Source of the DNA: an uncultured candidatus Brocadiaceae bacterium
Lineage (GTDB): Bacteria; Planctomycetota; Brocadiia; SM23-32
Assembly (NCBI GenBank): GCA_964572825.1
Contig: CAZNGS010000007.1
Coordinates: forward strand, 31,716 to 95,715
Length of the DNA stretch: 64,000 nt
Reading direction: 5' to 3'
Below, piece after piece: positions 10,476 to 19,851 of this stretch. A program made the position numbers and the translations under genes. The notes beneath the pieces were generated by a model that saw only the letters and a list, made by a program, of their open reading frames with translations, did not search any database and was not told the DNA's origin. Position 1 is the first letter of the stretch, and every line of letters begins with the position of its first letter.

Positions 10476-11381
10476 ATGCCAGAGAATTATAGATCATTGC
10501 TTCGAGGCACAACCTCAGCGGAAGAGGCGTTACTGATCCAAGGCGACTCATTGGAAGCTCTCAGGCATCTTGAGGCGGATTCCGTCCAGTGCGTTGTCAC
10601 CAGTCCGCCCTACTGGGGATTGCGGGATTACGGGATTGAGGCGCAGATCGGCCTTGAGGACACTCTGAGAGAATACCTGGCCCGCCTCAGGTCCGTATTT
10701 GCCGAGGTGCGGCGTGTGATAAAGCCGGATGGCGTCATGTGGCTGAACATCGGCGACGGCTACACAAGCGGGAACCGGGCACGGCGGGCGCCCGACAAGA
10801 AAAACCCGGCGCGCGAAATGGATGTACGGCCGCAGAATCCGGAAGGCCTGAAGGACAAGGACCTGTTGGGCATCCCATGGCGCCTCGCGTTTGCACTTCA
10901 GGACGACGGGTGGTATCTGCGGTCGGACGTGATCTGGCATAAGCCCAACGCAATGCCTGAGAGCGTGAAAGACAGGCCCACGAGATGCCACGAGTACCTG
11001 TTCCTTTTCTCCGTATCAGAACGCTACTTCTACGACTACGAGGCCGCGAGGGTTTATGTGAACGGAAGCTGGCGGAAGCGCCGGACCGTGTGGTCGATAT
11101 GTACTCAACCTTTCCCCGACGCACACTTTGCGACTTTCCCGCCTGAATTGGTGGAGCCCTGTATCACCGCCGGCTCCCGCGAGACGGACATTGTCCTTGA
11201 CCCCTTCATGGGCTCTGGCACAACCGGCGTGGTTGCCCTGCGTCTCGGGCGCCGTTTTGTGGGAATGGAACTTCATCCCGATTACGTAGCGATGGCGGCC
11301 GAGCGACTTGAGGTGGACAGCGAAGCCATTACCAGGCTTGAGGACACCAATGGCCCATTCCATCTGCGTTCCGGAGCCTGA
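10476..11381 (+). CDS. Beta-class DNA methyltransferase (SPPY motif IV before FxGxG motif I; likely N4-cytosine or N6-adenine), type II R-M methylase
   Basis: VVTSPPYWGL near N-terminus and DPFMGSGTTGVVALRLGRRFVGMEL near C-terminus; GC content visibly lower than flanks. Confidence 0.85.
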   Translation: MPENYRSLLRGTTSAEEALLIQGDSLEALRHLEADSVQCVVTSPPYWGLRDYGIEAQIGLEDTLREYLARLRSVFAEVRRVIKPDGVMWLNIGDGYTSGNRARRAPDKKNPAREMDVRPQNPEGLKDKDLLGIPWRLAFALQDDGWYLRSDVIWHKPNAMPESVKDRPTRCHEYLFLFSVSERYFYDYEAARVYVNGSWRKRRTVWSICTQPFPDAHFATFPPELVEPCITAGSRETDIVLDPFMGSGTTGVVALRLGRRFVGMELHPDYVAMAAERLEVDSEAITRLEDTNGPFHLRSGA

Positions 11382-11985
11382 CCTGCAGGCGGATTTCGCG
11401 GAGTCGCTTTGGGAGATCCGTCAGCTCTATCTCCAGGATGCGTTGCTCGAGACAGTCGCCGTGCTTCCTTTAGGGCAGATAGACGAGCAACTCAATCAAC
11501 TTGTGCCGGAGAAGGCCCTGGCCACCCTTGCTTCCCAGGGTATGCGTGGCGAGCTTCTCTTTCCCGTCCCCATCATTTTGCGCAAGAACCTCTTCCTCCT
11601 CGGCTACTACCGGCTTCTGCTCGGTTTCAGCCGCAAAGCGTTCTATAGGGCAGAGTTTGACCTCAGTCGTTTCATCAAGATGGAGGACGAGGAGCGCATT
11701 ACCACCGGCAACGTTGACGGCATTGAACCGCTCTGCGAAGAGTTGATTCGGGCGGCCAACCAACTGCTCTGTGGCCTCCGCGAGGGGCAGATTAGCAGTT
11801 CACTGCTCGATGACCTGACGCTTCTGACCCTCGGGGCGCAGTTGAGGGTAGGCGCTAACGTTCAGAAAGGCGCCGTCGTCATCAAGCAGGTGTTTCAGGT
11901 GGTGGAGGACAGGGCCCGCAGGAGTGCGACCCGGGCGACCGGAGCTCAGACCTGCGGCACAGGGCTCAGCCTTCCGCTCGGCTGA
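11350..11985 (+). CDS. Hypothetical protein, candidate cognate restriction endonuclease (by position)
   Basis: 211-aa ORF (start MAHSICVPEPD) overlapping MTase stop by ~32 nt, same strand, similarly low GC; no recognisable PD-(D/E)xK motif confidently seen. Confidence 0.45.
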   Translation: MAHSICVPEPDLQADFAESLWEIRQLYLQDALLETVAVLPLGQIDEQLNQLVPEKALATLASQGMRGELLFPVPIILRKNLFLLGYYRLLLGFSRKAFYRAEFDLSRFIKMEDEERITTGNVDGIEPLCEELIRAANQLLCGLREGQISSSLLDDLTLLTLGAQLRVGANVQKGAVVIKQVFQVVEDRARRSATRATGAQTCGTGLSLPLG

Positions 11986-12530
11986 GCCTTTCCTGTTGCC
12001 GTCGGGTGCCGGAGTCTGCCCGCCCTGACCAGCTCGACCTCAAGCTCCTCCAGAGCCCGTCCGAACTGCGTCGGCAGCGGCTGAGGGGCGTCCGGGTGCC
12101 TGTCTGCGTGCGACGCACAGGCAGGCCAATCTTCGGACCGGAGAATACTGTCTCCGTCAGTATACAGCGCCACCGGCCGGCCGTGCTTGCGCACGTAGCG
12201 CCCCAAAAGGTCCATGTACGCCTCGGTCGTCTCGCCCGGATAGAACCTCGCCACCACCTCGCTGGTCGCATCGTCAATCATCACCAGCAGCACCAAGCCG
12301 GGTCCCCGGCCTTCCAGCCAGTCATGATGGCTTCCGTCGGTCTGGCCCAGCTCTCCCCGGCACGGGCGGCGCGGACGCCTGCGGCGATGCACCTCGCTTC
12401 TGCGGCGGCGTTTCCACAGCCCTTCCTCCACCAGCCACTCCCGGAGCGTGCGCTTGCCATCCAGCACCGGCGCCATGACCCTGAGCCGATCCCGCTCCCG
12501 GTGACTCATCGCTATCCGTTCTCCTTCCAT
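11946..12530 (-). pseudogene. Truncated DDE transposase (rve/integrase-core, IS481/IS3-like) fragment
   Basis: N-terminal HTH-like region then SHHDWLEG...VMIDDATSEVV...ALYTDGDSI (two of three DDE residues); ORF ends after ~194 aa, converging/overlapping with end of 11350-11985 ORF. Confidence 0.65.
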
Positions 12531-12684
12531 CCGCTCTCCTCACCATAAGGGCAGCGGACATTGTTACCTGCCGAAGACCGGACATTACTACTTGCCGATG
12601 ACACCCACGTCCCAAACGGTTGCGGGCGCGTGACCTGGTCGTTACACTGTGTTCTCTTACTCGGTCGCATCCCCGGAGTGTGGT

Positions 12685-13608
12685 ATGCCCTTCGACAGGA
12701 CCGTCATCTCCCCCGACTGCGCCACGGAGTTGGTGCGGGAGTTCCTGGACGACCATCTCACCGTGACCGACGTCCGTCGCATGCACGGCGGCATGGTGAA
12801 CAGCGTCCTGGAGCTGACCACCGACGGAGAGCCGGCCAGGATCGTCGCCAAGCTGTCCGGCGAACCGGGCAACGGCGGTTTCGAGCACGAATACAGGATG
12901 CTCGGCTGGTACCGTGCCAACACCGAATTCCCGGTGCCGCAGCCCTACGGTGTGGACACCTCGGGCGAAATCTTCTCCGGGAGCTGCCTGATGATGAAGC
13001 GGCTGCCGGGCCTCAACCTGGGCGAGGCCCGCCTGGGCAGGTCGGGGCAGGAAGCCATCGAACGGCAGATGGCGCGCATCCTCGCCCGGCTGCACGAACA
13101 CAAGCGCTCGACCTACGGCACGGCCCTGAAGCCGGAGGAAGAGGGGGACGACCGGTGGCTGGACCGCTTCGGCCCCCGCATCCGGCGCGAGTTCGAGTCC
13201 GTATCGGACCGGCTCAGCAGCGGCGCCCGCCGGACCATACAGGGGGTGCTGGACAACCTGGAGCAGTGGCTGCCGGAGTTCGGCGATCCCACTCTCGTCC
13301 ACGGTGACCTCTGGGCCACCAACATCATCGTGGACCCGTCCGCCCCCCGGATAAGCGGCTTCGTGGACGGCGGGTGCAATTACACCGACGTGGAATACGA
13401 GCTGGCCTACCTGCTGGTGTTCCACACTGTGGGGGCCACCTTCTTCCAGGAATACTCCCAATACCATCCGCTGCGGCCGGGCTTCGACACCCGCTGCCGC
13501 GTTTACTGGCTCAACACCATGCTGCTGCACGTGCGCTATTTCGGCGACGCCCATTACGTGCACGCCTCCGAGCGGCTGGCCCGCGAGCTGGCCCATCTCA
13601 GTCCTTGA
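12685..13608 (+). CDS. Phosphotransferase family kinase (APH/fructosamine-kinase-like)
   Basis: Brenner motif LVHGDLWATNII and DxG-like downstream motif (VDGG); ~307 aa. Confidence 0.7.
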   Translation: MPFDRTVISPDCATELVREFLDDHLTVTDVRRMHGGMVNSVLELTTDGEPARIVAKLSGEPGNGGFEHEYRMLGWYRANTEFPVPQPYGVDTSGEIFSGSCLMMKRLPGLNLGEARLGRSGQEAIERQMARILARLHEHKRSTYGTALKPEEEGDDRWLDRFGPRIRREFESVSDRLSSGARRTIQGVLDNLEQWLPEFGDPTLVHGDLWATNIIVDPSAPRISGFVDGGCNYTDVEYELAYLLVFHTVGATFFQEYSQYHPLRPGFDTRCRVYWLNTMLLHVRYFGDAHYVHASERLARELAHLSP

Positions 13609-13690
13609 GAGCCCCGTCTGCATGGGTTGGAGTTGCCGCCCGGACCCCGACCGGCTACATTCGGCACTGTCATTCTTGCGGGAGGCCGTC

Positions 13691-14848
13691 ATGAGCGTCA
13701 GCCTCGGACTGGTGGGGTTGGGATCTTTCGGCTCGCAGTTCGCGCCCCTCTTCAAGGCGCATCCCCTGGTGGACCGGATCGCCCTTTGCGATCGGGAGGC
13801 GGACCGCATACGGAAGTTCGCCGAGCGGGAGTCCTTCCAACAGAAACTCCATCCATCAGACGCCTACGATTCCCTGGACGAAATCTGCGAAGCGGACCTC
13901 GACGCGCTGGTCATTATCACCCAGCCCTGGCTGCACGCACCGCAGGCCGTGCAGGCAATGGCGGCCGGCAAACACGTCTACAGCGCCGTGCCCGTCGTCA
14001 GGCTGCCCGACGGCGATGAGGTCCTGGAATGGTGCAACCGCCTGGTGCGCACCTGCCAGCGCACCGGCATGCACTACATGCTGGGGGAGACCTCCTTCTA
14101 CCGCCCCGAGACCATGTACTGCCGCCGCCGCGCGGCGGAGGGCGCCTTCGGCCGCTTCGTGCACGCAGAGGGACATTACTTCCACGATGTGGACAACCCG
14201 TCCTGCAGCCTGCGTGAGGTGCGCCAGCACCGCACCACGGGCCAGGCCGGCCGCGAATGGCTGGACACTTCCAGTCGCTACGAGGGCGTCACCGACGGAC
14301 CCATGCACTATCCCACCCATTCGGTCAGCGGCCCGATAAGCGTCATGGGCGCGCACGCCGTCCGGGTCTGCGCCTGGGGGCAGCGTGACGAGACCGGCGA
14401 CGAATACTTTGAACGCAGCCTGATGAACGAGACCGCCCTCTTCAGTATGAGCAACGGCGCGACCATGCGCATCGCCGAGTGGCGCAGGATCGGCCACACC
14501 GGCGAGGAGACCTTCCGGCTCTTCGGCACCGAGGGCTCGTTCCGGGAGAGCAACTGGGTCACGAAGGATAGCTGGACGTCCCTCGAGGTGGACCGGATGC
14601 GCGATCCTCTTCCGGACGCCGTCGTCGAAGCCTTTCGAGGAGAAGTCGGCGACGATTACCTGGGCGGCCACGGCGGGTCGCACGCCTACCTGGTGCACGA
14701 GTTCGTGGACGCCCTGGCCCACGACCGTCCCCCCGCGATCAACGTCTGGGAGGCGGTCCGCTACATGGCGCCGGGCGTCATGGCCCACAAATCCGCCCTG
14801 GCGGGCGGCGCAGTCCTCGACGTGCCCGACTGGGGCGACGCCCCCTGA
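13691..14848 (+). CDS. Gfo/Idh/MocA family NAD(P)-dependent oxidoreductase
   Basis: N-terminal Rossmann GLVGLGSFGS and family-typical EKP-like C-terminal region; start at MSVSLG. Confidence 0.75.
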   Translation: MSVSLGLVGLGSFGSQFAPLFKAHPLVDRIALCDREADRIRKFAERESFQQKLHPSDAYDSLDEICEADLDALVIITQPWLHAPQAVQAMAAGKHVYSAVPVVRLPDGDEVLEWCNRLVRTCQRTGMHYMLGETSFYRPETMYCRRRAAEGAFGRFVHAEGHYFHDVDNPSCSLREVRQHRTTGQAGREWLDTSSRYEGVTDGPMHYPTHSVSGPISVMGAHAVRVCAWGQRDETGDEYFERSLMNETALFSMSNGATMRIAEWRRIGHTGEETFRLFGTEGSFRESNWVTKDSWTSLEVDRMRDPLPDAVVEAFRGEVGDDYLGGHGGSHAYLVHEFVDALAHDRPPAINVWEAVRYMAPGVMAHKSALAGGAVLDVPDWGDAP

Positions 14849-15481
14849 CGCGCCGGACCTCTGGCGCGGCATCCGGGGATCTGCCGCAGTTCGTCGTCAA
14901 ACGAACCTGATGGTCACGGGATAGCGGAACGGCTACCCCTGCCCCACCCGCGCGGCGGCAACCAGGGAAACCAGGCATGCCACCGTTATCAGGCCTTAGG
15001 GCTATGCACATGGGTCTCGTGCATACAACATATAGTATGTCGAAAAGTGGCGCTGCAGACCATGCCCTCAGGCCGGCAATGGGGAACAGCCGCCGCACTC
15101 AGCCACTCCAACTGACCCTGAAGTCGGCCTCAGAAGGTCCTCGCAGGTCCTCAGGAGCCTTGGTAATGTGTCGTGGGCGCTTCCAAACATCACCTGATAG
15201 ACCAGCAAACAGAGGGCGCCCGGCCGGATCAGTGGGCTACAACATATGGCACCTACGCGAGCGAAGTGCATAGCCTTATCAGGCCTTTAGGCACGTACTG
15301 GCCCAAGTTCCGCAGTTTAGCAGAAAATCCGGTTTTTTTCGGCTTTTTTCGGGTGCGCAATGAGCCTGTTTGCTGCCGAGGGGGCTTCTGGCAGAATTTG
15401 CCCGCTCGGGGACCACGAAAAGGCCATGCAGTGAAAACTTAACCCCTTGAATGCCAACAGCTTAGGCCATATAATTGGGCC

Positions 15482-15943
15482 ATGTTCATTCGCCCCATTA
15501 ACGTGAAGAAGGCCGGCAAAAACCACAAGTACTGGGCGCTGGTCGAGTCTTGCCGCACAGAGCGCGGACCACGCCAGAGAATGGTGGCTTACCCGGGCAA
15601 ACTGCCCCAGAAAGTGTGCCACGGGGTGAAACGGGCCGCGGAGGGGCGTGCGCCCTCCGGGCAGAGCCGGCTTTTCGACCGACCGGAGCCGCAGTGGGTG
15701 GAGGTGGACACCTCCCGCGTTCGCGTGGAGCGCTGCCGGGACTACGGCGGCCCGTGGCTGGGGCTGAAGCTGGCCCGGAAGCTCGGACTGCCGGCATTCC
15801 TGCGCCGGGTTCTTCCCCACGGGCGCGAGGATGTGTCCAAGCTGGTCAGGTCCATCGAAAACGCCAACGGTTCTTCCCCAGACGGGCGATGCGGGCCTGG
15901 AGCTTCACAACCAGCGCTTCCAGCTCGGCCACGCGTGCCTTGA
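15482..15943 (+). pseudogene. IS1634-like (IS4 superfamily) transposase, N-terminal fragment only
   Basis: MFIRPINVKKAGKNHKYWALVESCRTERGPRQRMV resembles conserved IS1634-family transposase N-terminus; ORF degenerates after ~120 aa, full transposase (~550 aa) absent. Confidence 0.55.
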
Positions 15944-15986
15944 GCCGCTTGCAGTTGGGGCATTCGGATGTCTGCGCGTCTCGCAT
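15846..15986 (-). pseudogene. Transposase N-terminal remnant (Zn-finger CPNC + leucine-zipper/coiled coil)
   Basis: MRDAQTSECPNCKRLKARVAELEALVVKLQARIARLGKN then ORF collapses; no catalytic domain follows. Confidence 0.4.
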
Positions 15987-16046
15987 GCGCAGAAAAACAC
16001 ACCAACGCCCAGGGCAAAAGCACCATCCTTTCAACTCGACTTTCGA

Positions 16047-16090
16047 CAATTGAAGAGGAAAGCCCTCCTGATATGTAGCGTTGCCGCCGG
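16047..16090 (+). repeat. ~45-bp intergenic repeat, copy A (caattgaagaggaaagccctcctgatatgtagcgttgccgccgg)
   Basis: ~80% identical to 25319-25363; lies just upstream (antisense) of transposase remnant start. Confidence 0.6.
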
Positions 16091-16429
16091 GCGCCGGGTG
16101 GTGGCCGCGTTGCTGCCGTGGGGGAACAAGAAGGCACTGGAGCGGCTCGTGGAGAGTGCGGCGCAATTGCCCGCAGATGCGCGGCGGGCACTTGCCAGCG
16201 AGTTGCACTGGCTCAGGGAACGGCGCCAGCGACGGCTGGGCGAGGAGATTGTGGAGCGCTGCCGGCGGGCCTTTGCGCAGGAATGAGGCGATGCCGAGGG
16301 GACGAGTTTCAGCGCGGTTTCGGCGGGGTGAATTTGACTTCCGGAAAAGCTTCGGCCTATAATGGCTCAGCGTGGTGCAGTGTTCTTTGATTCCTTCTGG
16401 ACGCCAGCGAAGGGCAGGATAGGCCCACA

Positions 16430-16954
16430 ATGAGAGCCAGCAGCGAAGACTCGTCCAGGAGACAGGCGCACGGCGGGGCGAAAGGCGACTCCGAGAGTCC
16501 AGAAGTCGGCTGGGGCGTGAACGCCGAGGATGGCGGAGACGAGATAATCCTGCGCAAGATAATCTATGGCATCCTCGTGACCGTCGTGGCCATTTTGGGC
16601 GTGTGGATACTCGCGACAAGGGACTCCGGAGGTTCCCAAACGCCCGTGCTCAGCGCCAGGTCCGGCACTGGTGCGGACATGACTTATACGGTCGTGCTGC
16701 TGCCCAGCGTCGAACCTGCCCAACGCGAAATCGTCGACAGAATGGTTGCCACTCCGAAGATGCAGGAGTTGTCGGGGCCGAATGAGTTCCGGTTTGTGGA
16801 GCTTGTCGATGGCCAGCTTGCCCTCTGCGTGGGGCGTGCGGGGCGTGAGGACGCTCCCGAACTTCGGCAGCTCCTGCGGAGGTTCCGGGACTTCGAGGCC
16901 CCACCCGGCGAAAAGCCCTTCGCGGGCGCGTCCATCCAGGGCTGCCCCGAGTGA
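16430..16954 (+). CDS. Hypothetical membrane-anchored protein (single TM)
   Basis: 174-aa ORF with one hydrophobic helix (IIYGILVTVVAILGVWILA); no family recognised. Confidence 0.45.
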   Translation: MRASSEDSSRRQAHGGAKGDSESPEVGWGVNAEDGGDEIILRKIIYGILVTVVAILGVWILATRDSGGSQTPVLSARSGTGADMTYTVVLLPSVEPAQREIVDRMVATPKMQELSGPNEFRFVELVDGQLALCVGRAGREDAPELRQLLRRFRDFEAPPGEKPFAGASIQGCPE

Positions 16955-16993
16955 TCCCCGCTGGCATTCCGCGCACAGCAACCGGAGGATATT

Positions 16994-17263
16994 ATGTCGC
17001 TTGACAAGAGCCTGAAACCCAAAAACCGGCTCACCAGACGCCGCAATGTTCTGACCCGTACCGAGCGCATCGAGAAACTGGAAGAAGAGGAAGCTTGGGA
17101 CGAGCAGGAAGACTCCGTCTTCGGTCTGCCCAAGGTTAAGGTGGAACGCAGGGAAGCTCCCCGCGGCCCCATCAAGGAAGAAGAGCCTGAGGAAGCTGAA
17201 GAAGCCCTCGAGGGCGAGCAACCAGTGAGGGTGACAGAGCAAGAGGCTCCCGACGCCCAGTAG
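16994..17263 (+). CDS. Small conserved-looking protein with basic N-terminus and acidic tail (possibly PVC 'small basic protein' family)
   Basis: MSLDKSLKPKNRLTRRRNVLTRTERIEKL N-terminus followed by E-rich low-complexity tail; 89 aa. Confidence 0.5.
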   Translation: MSLDKSLKPKNRLTRRRNVLTRTERIEKLEEEEAWDEQEDSVFGLPKVKVERREAPRGPIKEEEPEEAEEALEGEQPVRVTEQEAPDAQ

Positions 17264-17293
17264 CGCTATCTCTGTTCAGGCCCGGGGAACGTC

Positions 17294-18400
17294 ATGGACA
17301 TCCGGCGCGCCATTGCCCGCAGAATGGGCCAGATCGACTCATCCGGTATCCGAAAAGTCTTCGACCTTGCCGAATCTCTCCGCGACCCCGTCAATCTGAG
17401 CATCGGACAGCCCGACTTCGACGTGCCAGAGCCCATCAAGGCCAAGGCCATGCACGCCATCGAGACGGGCCATAACAAATACACTGTAACCCAGGGCATA
17501 GAGGAACTGCGGCAGAAGGTCGTCCGCTACGAGAAGCGGCAGACCGGCATCCGGCACGACAGGGTGCTGATCACCAGCGGCGTCTCCGGCGGCATTCTGC
17601 TCGCCTTCCTGGCGCTGATCGACCCCGGCGACAAGGTGGCAATCCCCGACCCCTACTTCGTGATGTACAAGCACCTGTGCCGTCTGCTGGGGGGCGAGCC
17701 CCTCTATGTGGACACCTACCCCGACTTTCGGCTGACGCGGCAGAAACTGGAGAAAGCGGGCGCGGCCAACGCCAAGCTCTTGATGCTCAACAGCCCCTGC
17801 AACCCCACCGGCATCGTCATCCCGCAGAAGGACCTGCGCGCCATCGCGCGGTGGGCGAAAGAGAACGACGTTTTCATCATCAGCGACGAGATCTACCGCA
17901 CCTTCTGCTACGAGGGCTCCGCCCCGAGCCCCGCTTCCTTCACGAAGAACGTCCTGCTGCTCAACGGCTTCAGCAAGTCCTCCGCAATGACCGGCTGGCG
18001 GCTGGGATATGCCATCGGACCGCGCCCGCTGATCGACCAGATGACCAAGCTGCAGCAATTCAGCTTCGTCTGCGCCCCATCGGTGTCCCAGCAGGCCGGC
18101 ATCGCGGCCCTGGACCTCTCCGCCGAACTTCACGTGCGCGCCTACGCGTCCAAGCGCGATATCATCTACAAGGGACTTAGCCGCAAGTTCGAGCTGCAAC
18201 AGCCGCAGGGCGCCTTCTACGCCTTCCCACGGGCACCGGGCGACGACGGCGATGCCTTCTGCAAGCTGGCCATCGAGCACGGCGTGCTCATCATCCCCGG
18301 CAGTGTTTTCAGCGAGAAGAATAGCCACTTCCGGGTCTCCTTCGCCGCCGAGGACAGCACGCTGGAGGAAGGCGTCGACGTCCTTTGCTCGCTCGTCTGA
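17294..18400 (+). CDS. PLP-dependent aminotransferase, class I/II (aspartate/aromatic aminotransferase family)
   Basis: NGFSKSSAMTGWRLGY (PLP-lysine region), SPCNPTG, fold-type I architecture. Confidence 0.85.
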   Translation: MDIRRAIARRMGQIDSSGIRKVFDLAESLRDPVNLSIGQPDFDVPEPIKAKAMHAIETGHNKYTVTQGIEELRQKVVRYEKRQTGIRHDRVLITSGVSGGILLAFLALIDPGDKVAIPDPYFVMYKHLCRLLGGEPLYVDTYPDFRLTRQKLEKAGAANAKLLMLNSPCNPTGIVIPQKDLRAIARWAKENDVFIISDEIYRTFCYEGSAPSPASFTKNVLLLNGFSKSSAMTGWRLGYAIGPRPLIDQMTKLQQFSFVCAPSVSQQAGIAALDLSAELHVRAYASKRDIIYKGLSRKFELQQPQGAFYAFPRAPGDDGDAFCKLAIEHGVLIIPGSVFSEKNSHFRVSFAAEDSTLEEGVDVLCSLV

Positions 18401-18416
18401 TCGGCCGGCCGGGGGC

Positions 18417-19748
18417 CTACTTGATGCTTTCGAATATCGCCCCGACCACGGCATCGTAATCCGCCGGCAGCTCCATGGGGGGATTAGCGTGCCGGCTTTC
18501 GATGTCCTCCAGCCGCTCCCAGTGGTAGTCGATCTTGAACTGGTGAAACTTCAGGCCGTGAGCGGTGGAGATGACGACCACCCGGTCGTCCGCCCGGACC
18601 TCTCCTCGCTGCGCCAGCTTCATCAGCGCCGCCAGGGCCACGCCCGTGTGGGGGTCGGTGAACAGCCCGCTGCGGTCTGCCCGCGCGCAGGCATGCGCCA
18701 GCTCCGCCTCGGTGGCCTGCTCGACGACCCCGCCGAAATTCTTCAGGGTTCTGATGGCCTTGTATATGCTCACCGGATTGCCGATGCGGATGGCCGTCGC
18801 CAGGGTCTCGCGCGCCTCCTGGGGCTCGAAAGACTCGAAATCCTCCAGGAAGCTTCTGTAGAGCGGGTTGGCCCGCGCGCTCTGGGCACAGCAGATGCGC
18901 GGGACACGGTCGATGAGCCCCAGTGTGCGCATCATCTCGAAGCCCAGCCCCAGCGCGCTCACGTTCCCCAGATTCCCGCCCGGAATGACCACCCAGTCCG
19001 GCACGTCCCAGTCGAGCTGCTGGCATATCTCCACCGACACCGTCTTCTGCCCCTCGATGCGCAGGCTGTTCATGGAGTTGGCCAGGTAGATGTTGTTCCG
19101 GTTGCAGACCTCCTGCACCAGCGCCATGCAGCCGTCGAAGTCGGTGTCCAGCGCCAGGGTCAGGGCGCCGTTGGCCACCGGCTGGACGAGCTGGGCGGGG
19201 CTGATCTTCTCGTGGGGCAGGAAGACGATGGACTGGATGCCCGCGCGCGCGCAGTAGGCCGCCAGCGCCGCCGAGGTGTCACCGGTTGAGGCGCAGGCCA
19301 CCGCGGGGACGTCCTTGCCCTCCGCGCGCATCTGCTTCACCATGCTCACCAGCACGGTGAGGCCCAGGTCCTTGAACGATCCGGTGTGGGAGTTGCCGCA
19401 CAGCTTCACGTGCAGGTCCGGCACGCCGATCTCCTCCCCGAACTGGCCCGCGTGCAGCAGCGGCGTTCGGCCCTCGAAAATGCTGACGATGTTCTCCTCG
19501 TCCACCCGCGGACAGACCCACTCCTTCTTGCCCCAGACGCCGCTGCTCAGCGGACCGGACGCCAGGCCCCAGCGCTGCCCGAACAACGCCTTCCACTCAT
19601 CGGCGGTCCTTTGGCCCAGGGTCTCCACGTCGTGGCGCACTTCGAGCAGGCTGCCGCACTGGCGGCAGCGGTAGATGATCTCGTCCAGCGGATAACGTTC
19701 GTCGCAGCCGGCGAAACACTGGAACCATGCGCGGTATTGCGGGCTCAT
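18417..19748 (-). CDS. thrC: Threonine synthase
   Basis: N-terminal zinc-ribbon-like CxxC pairs, [12 protein letters not shown]-lysine motif, ~443 aa; start taken at [11 protein letters not shown]. Confidence 0.85.
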   Translation of the reverse strand: MSPQYRAWFQCFAGCDERYPLDEIIYRCRQCGSLLEVRHDVETLGQRTADEWKALFGQRWGLASGPLSSGVWGKKEWVCPRVDEENIVSIFEGRTPLLHAGQFGEEIGVPDLHVKLCGNSHTGSFKDLGLTVLVSMVKQMRAEGKDVPAVACASTGDTSAALAAYCARAGIQSIVFLPHEKISPAQLVQPVANGALTLALDTDFDGCMALVQEVCNRNNIYLANSMNSLRIEGQKTVSVEICQQLDWDVPDWVVIPGGNLGNVSALGLGFEMMRTLGLIDRVPRICCAQSARANPLYRSFLEDFESFEPQEARETLATAIRIGNPVSIYKAIRTLKNFGGVVEQATEAELAHACARADRSGLFTDPHTGVALAALMKLAQRGEVRADDRVVVISTAHGLKFHQFKIDYHWERLEDIESRHANPPMELPADYDAVVGAIFESIK

Positions 19749-19851
19749 CGCAACCTTCAGGTATCGGTAAAAGGGAACATGGCGTCGCGACCTCGACCGA
19801 CGCTCCATTCTCAGGGCCGGGGCGCGGATTTGTCAAGCAAACGATGTGCCG

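Noticed and set aside
15831-16286. 151-aa plus-strand ORF in the IS-remnant region
   Set aside because: It overlaps the transposase remnant on the opposite strand and contains the 45-bp repeat. Its N-terminal half is low-complexity. Only the last ~70 aa look protein-like, which is insufficient to call a gene.
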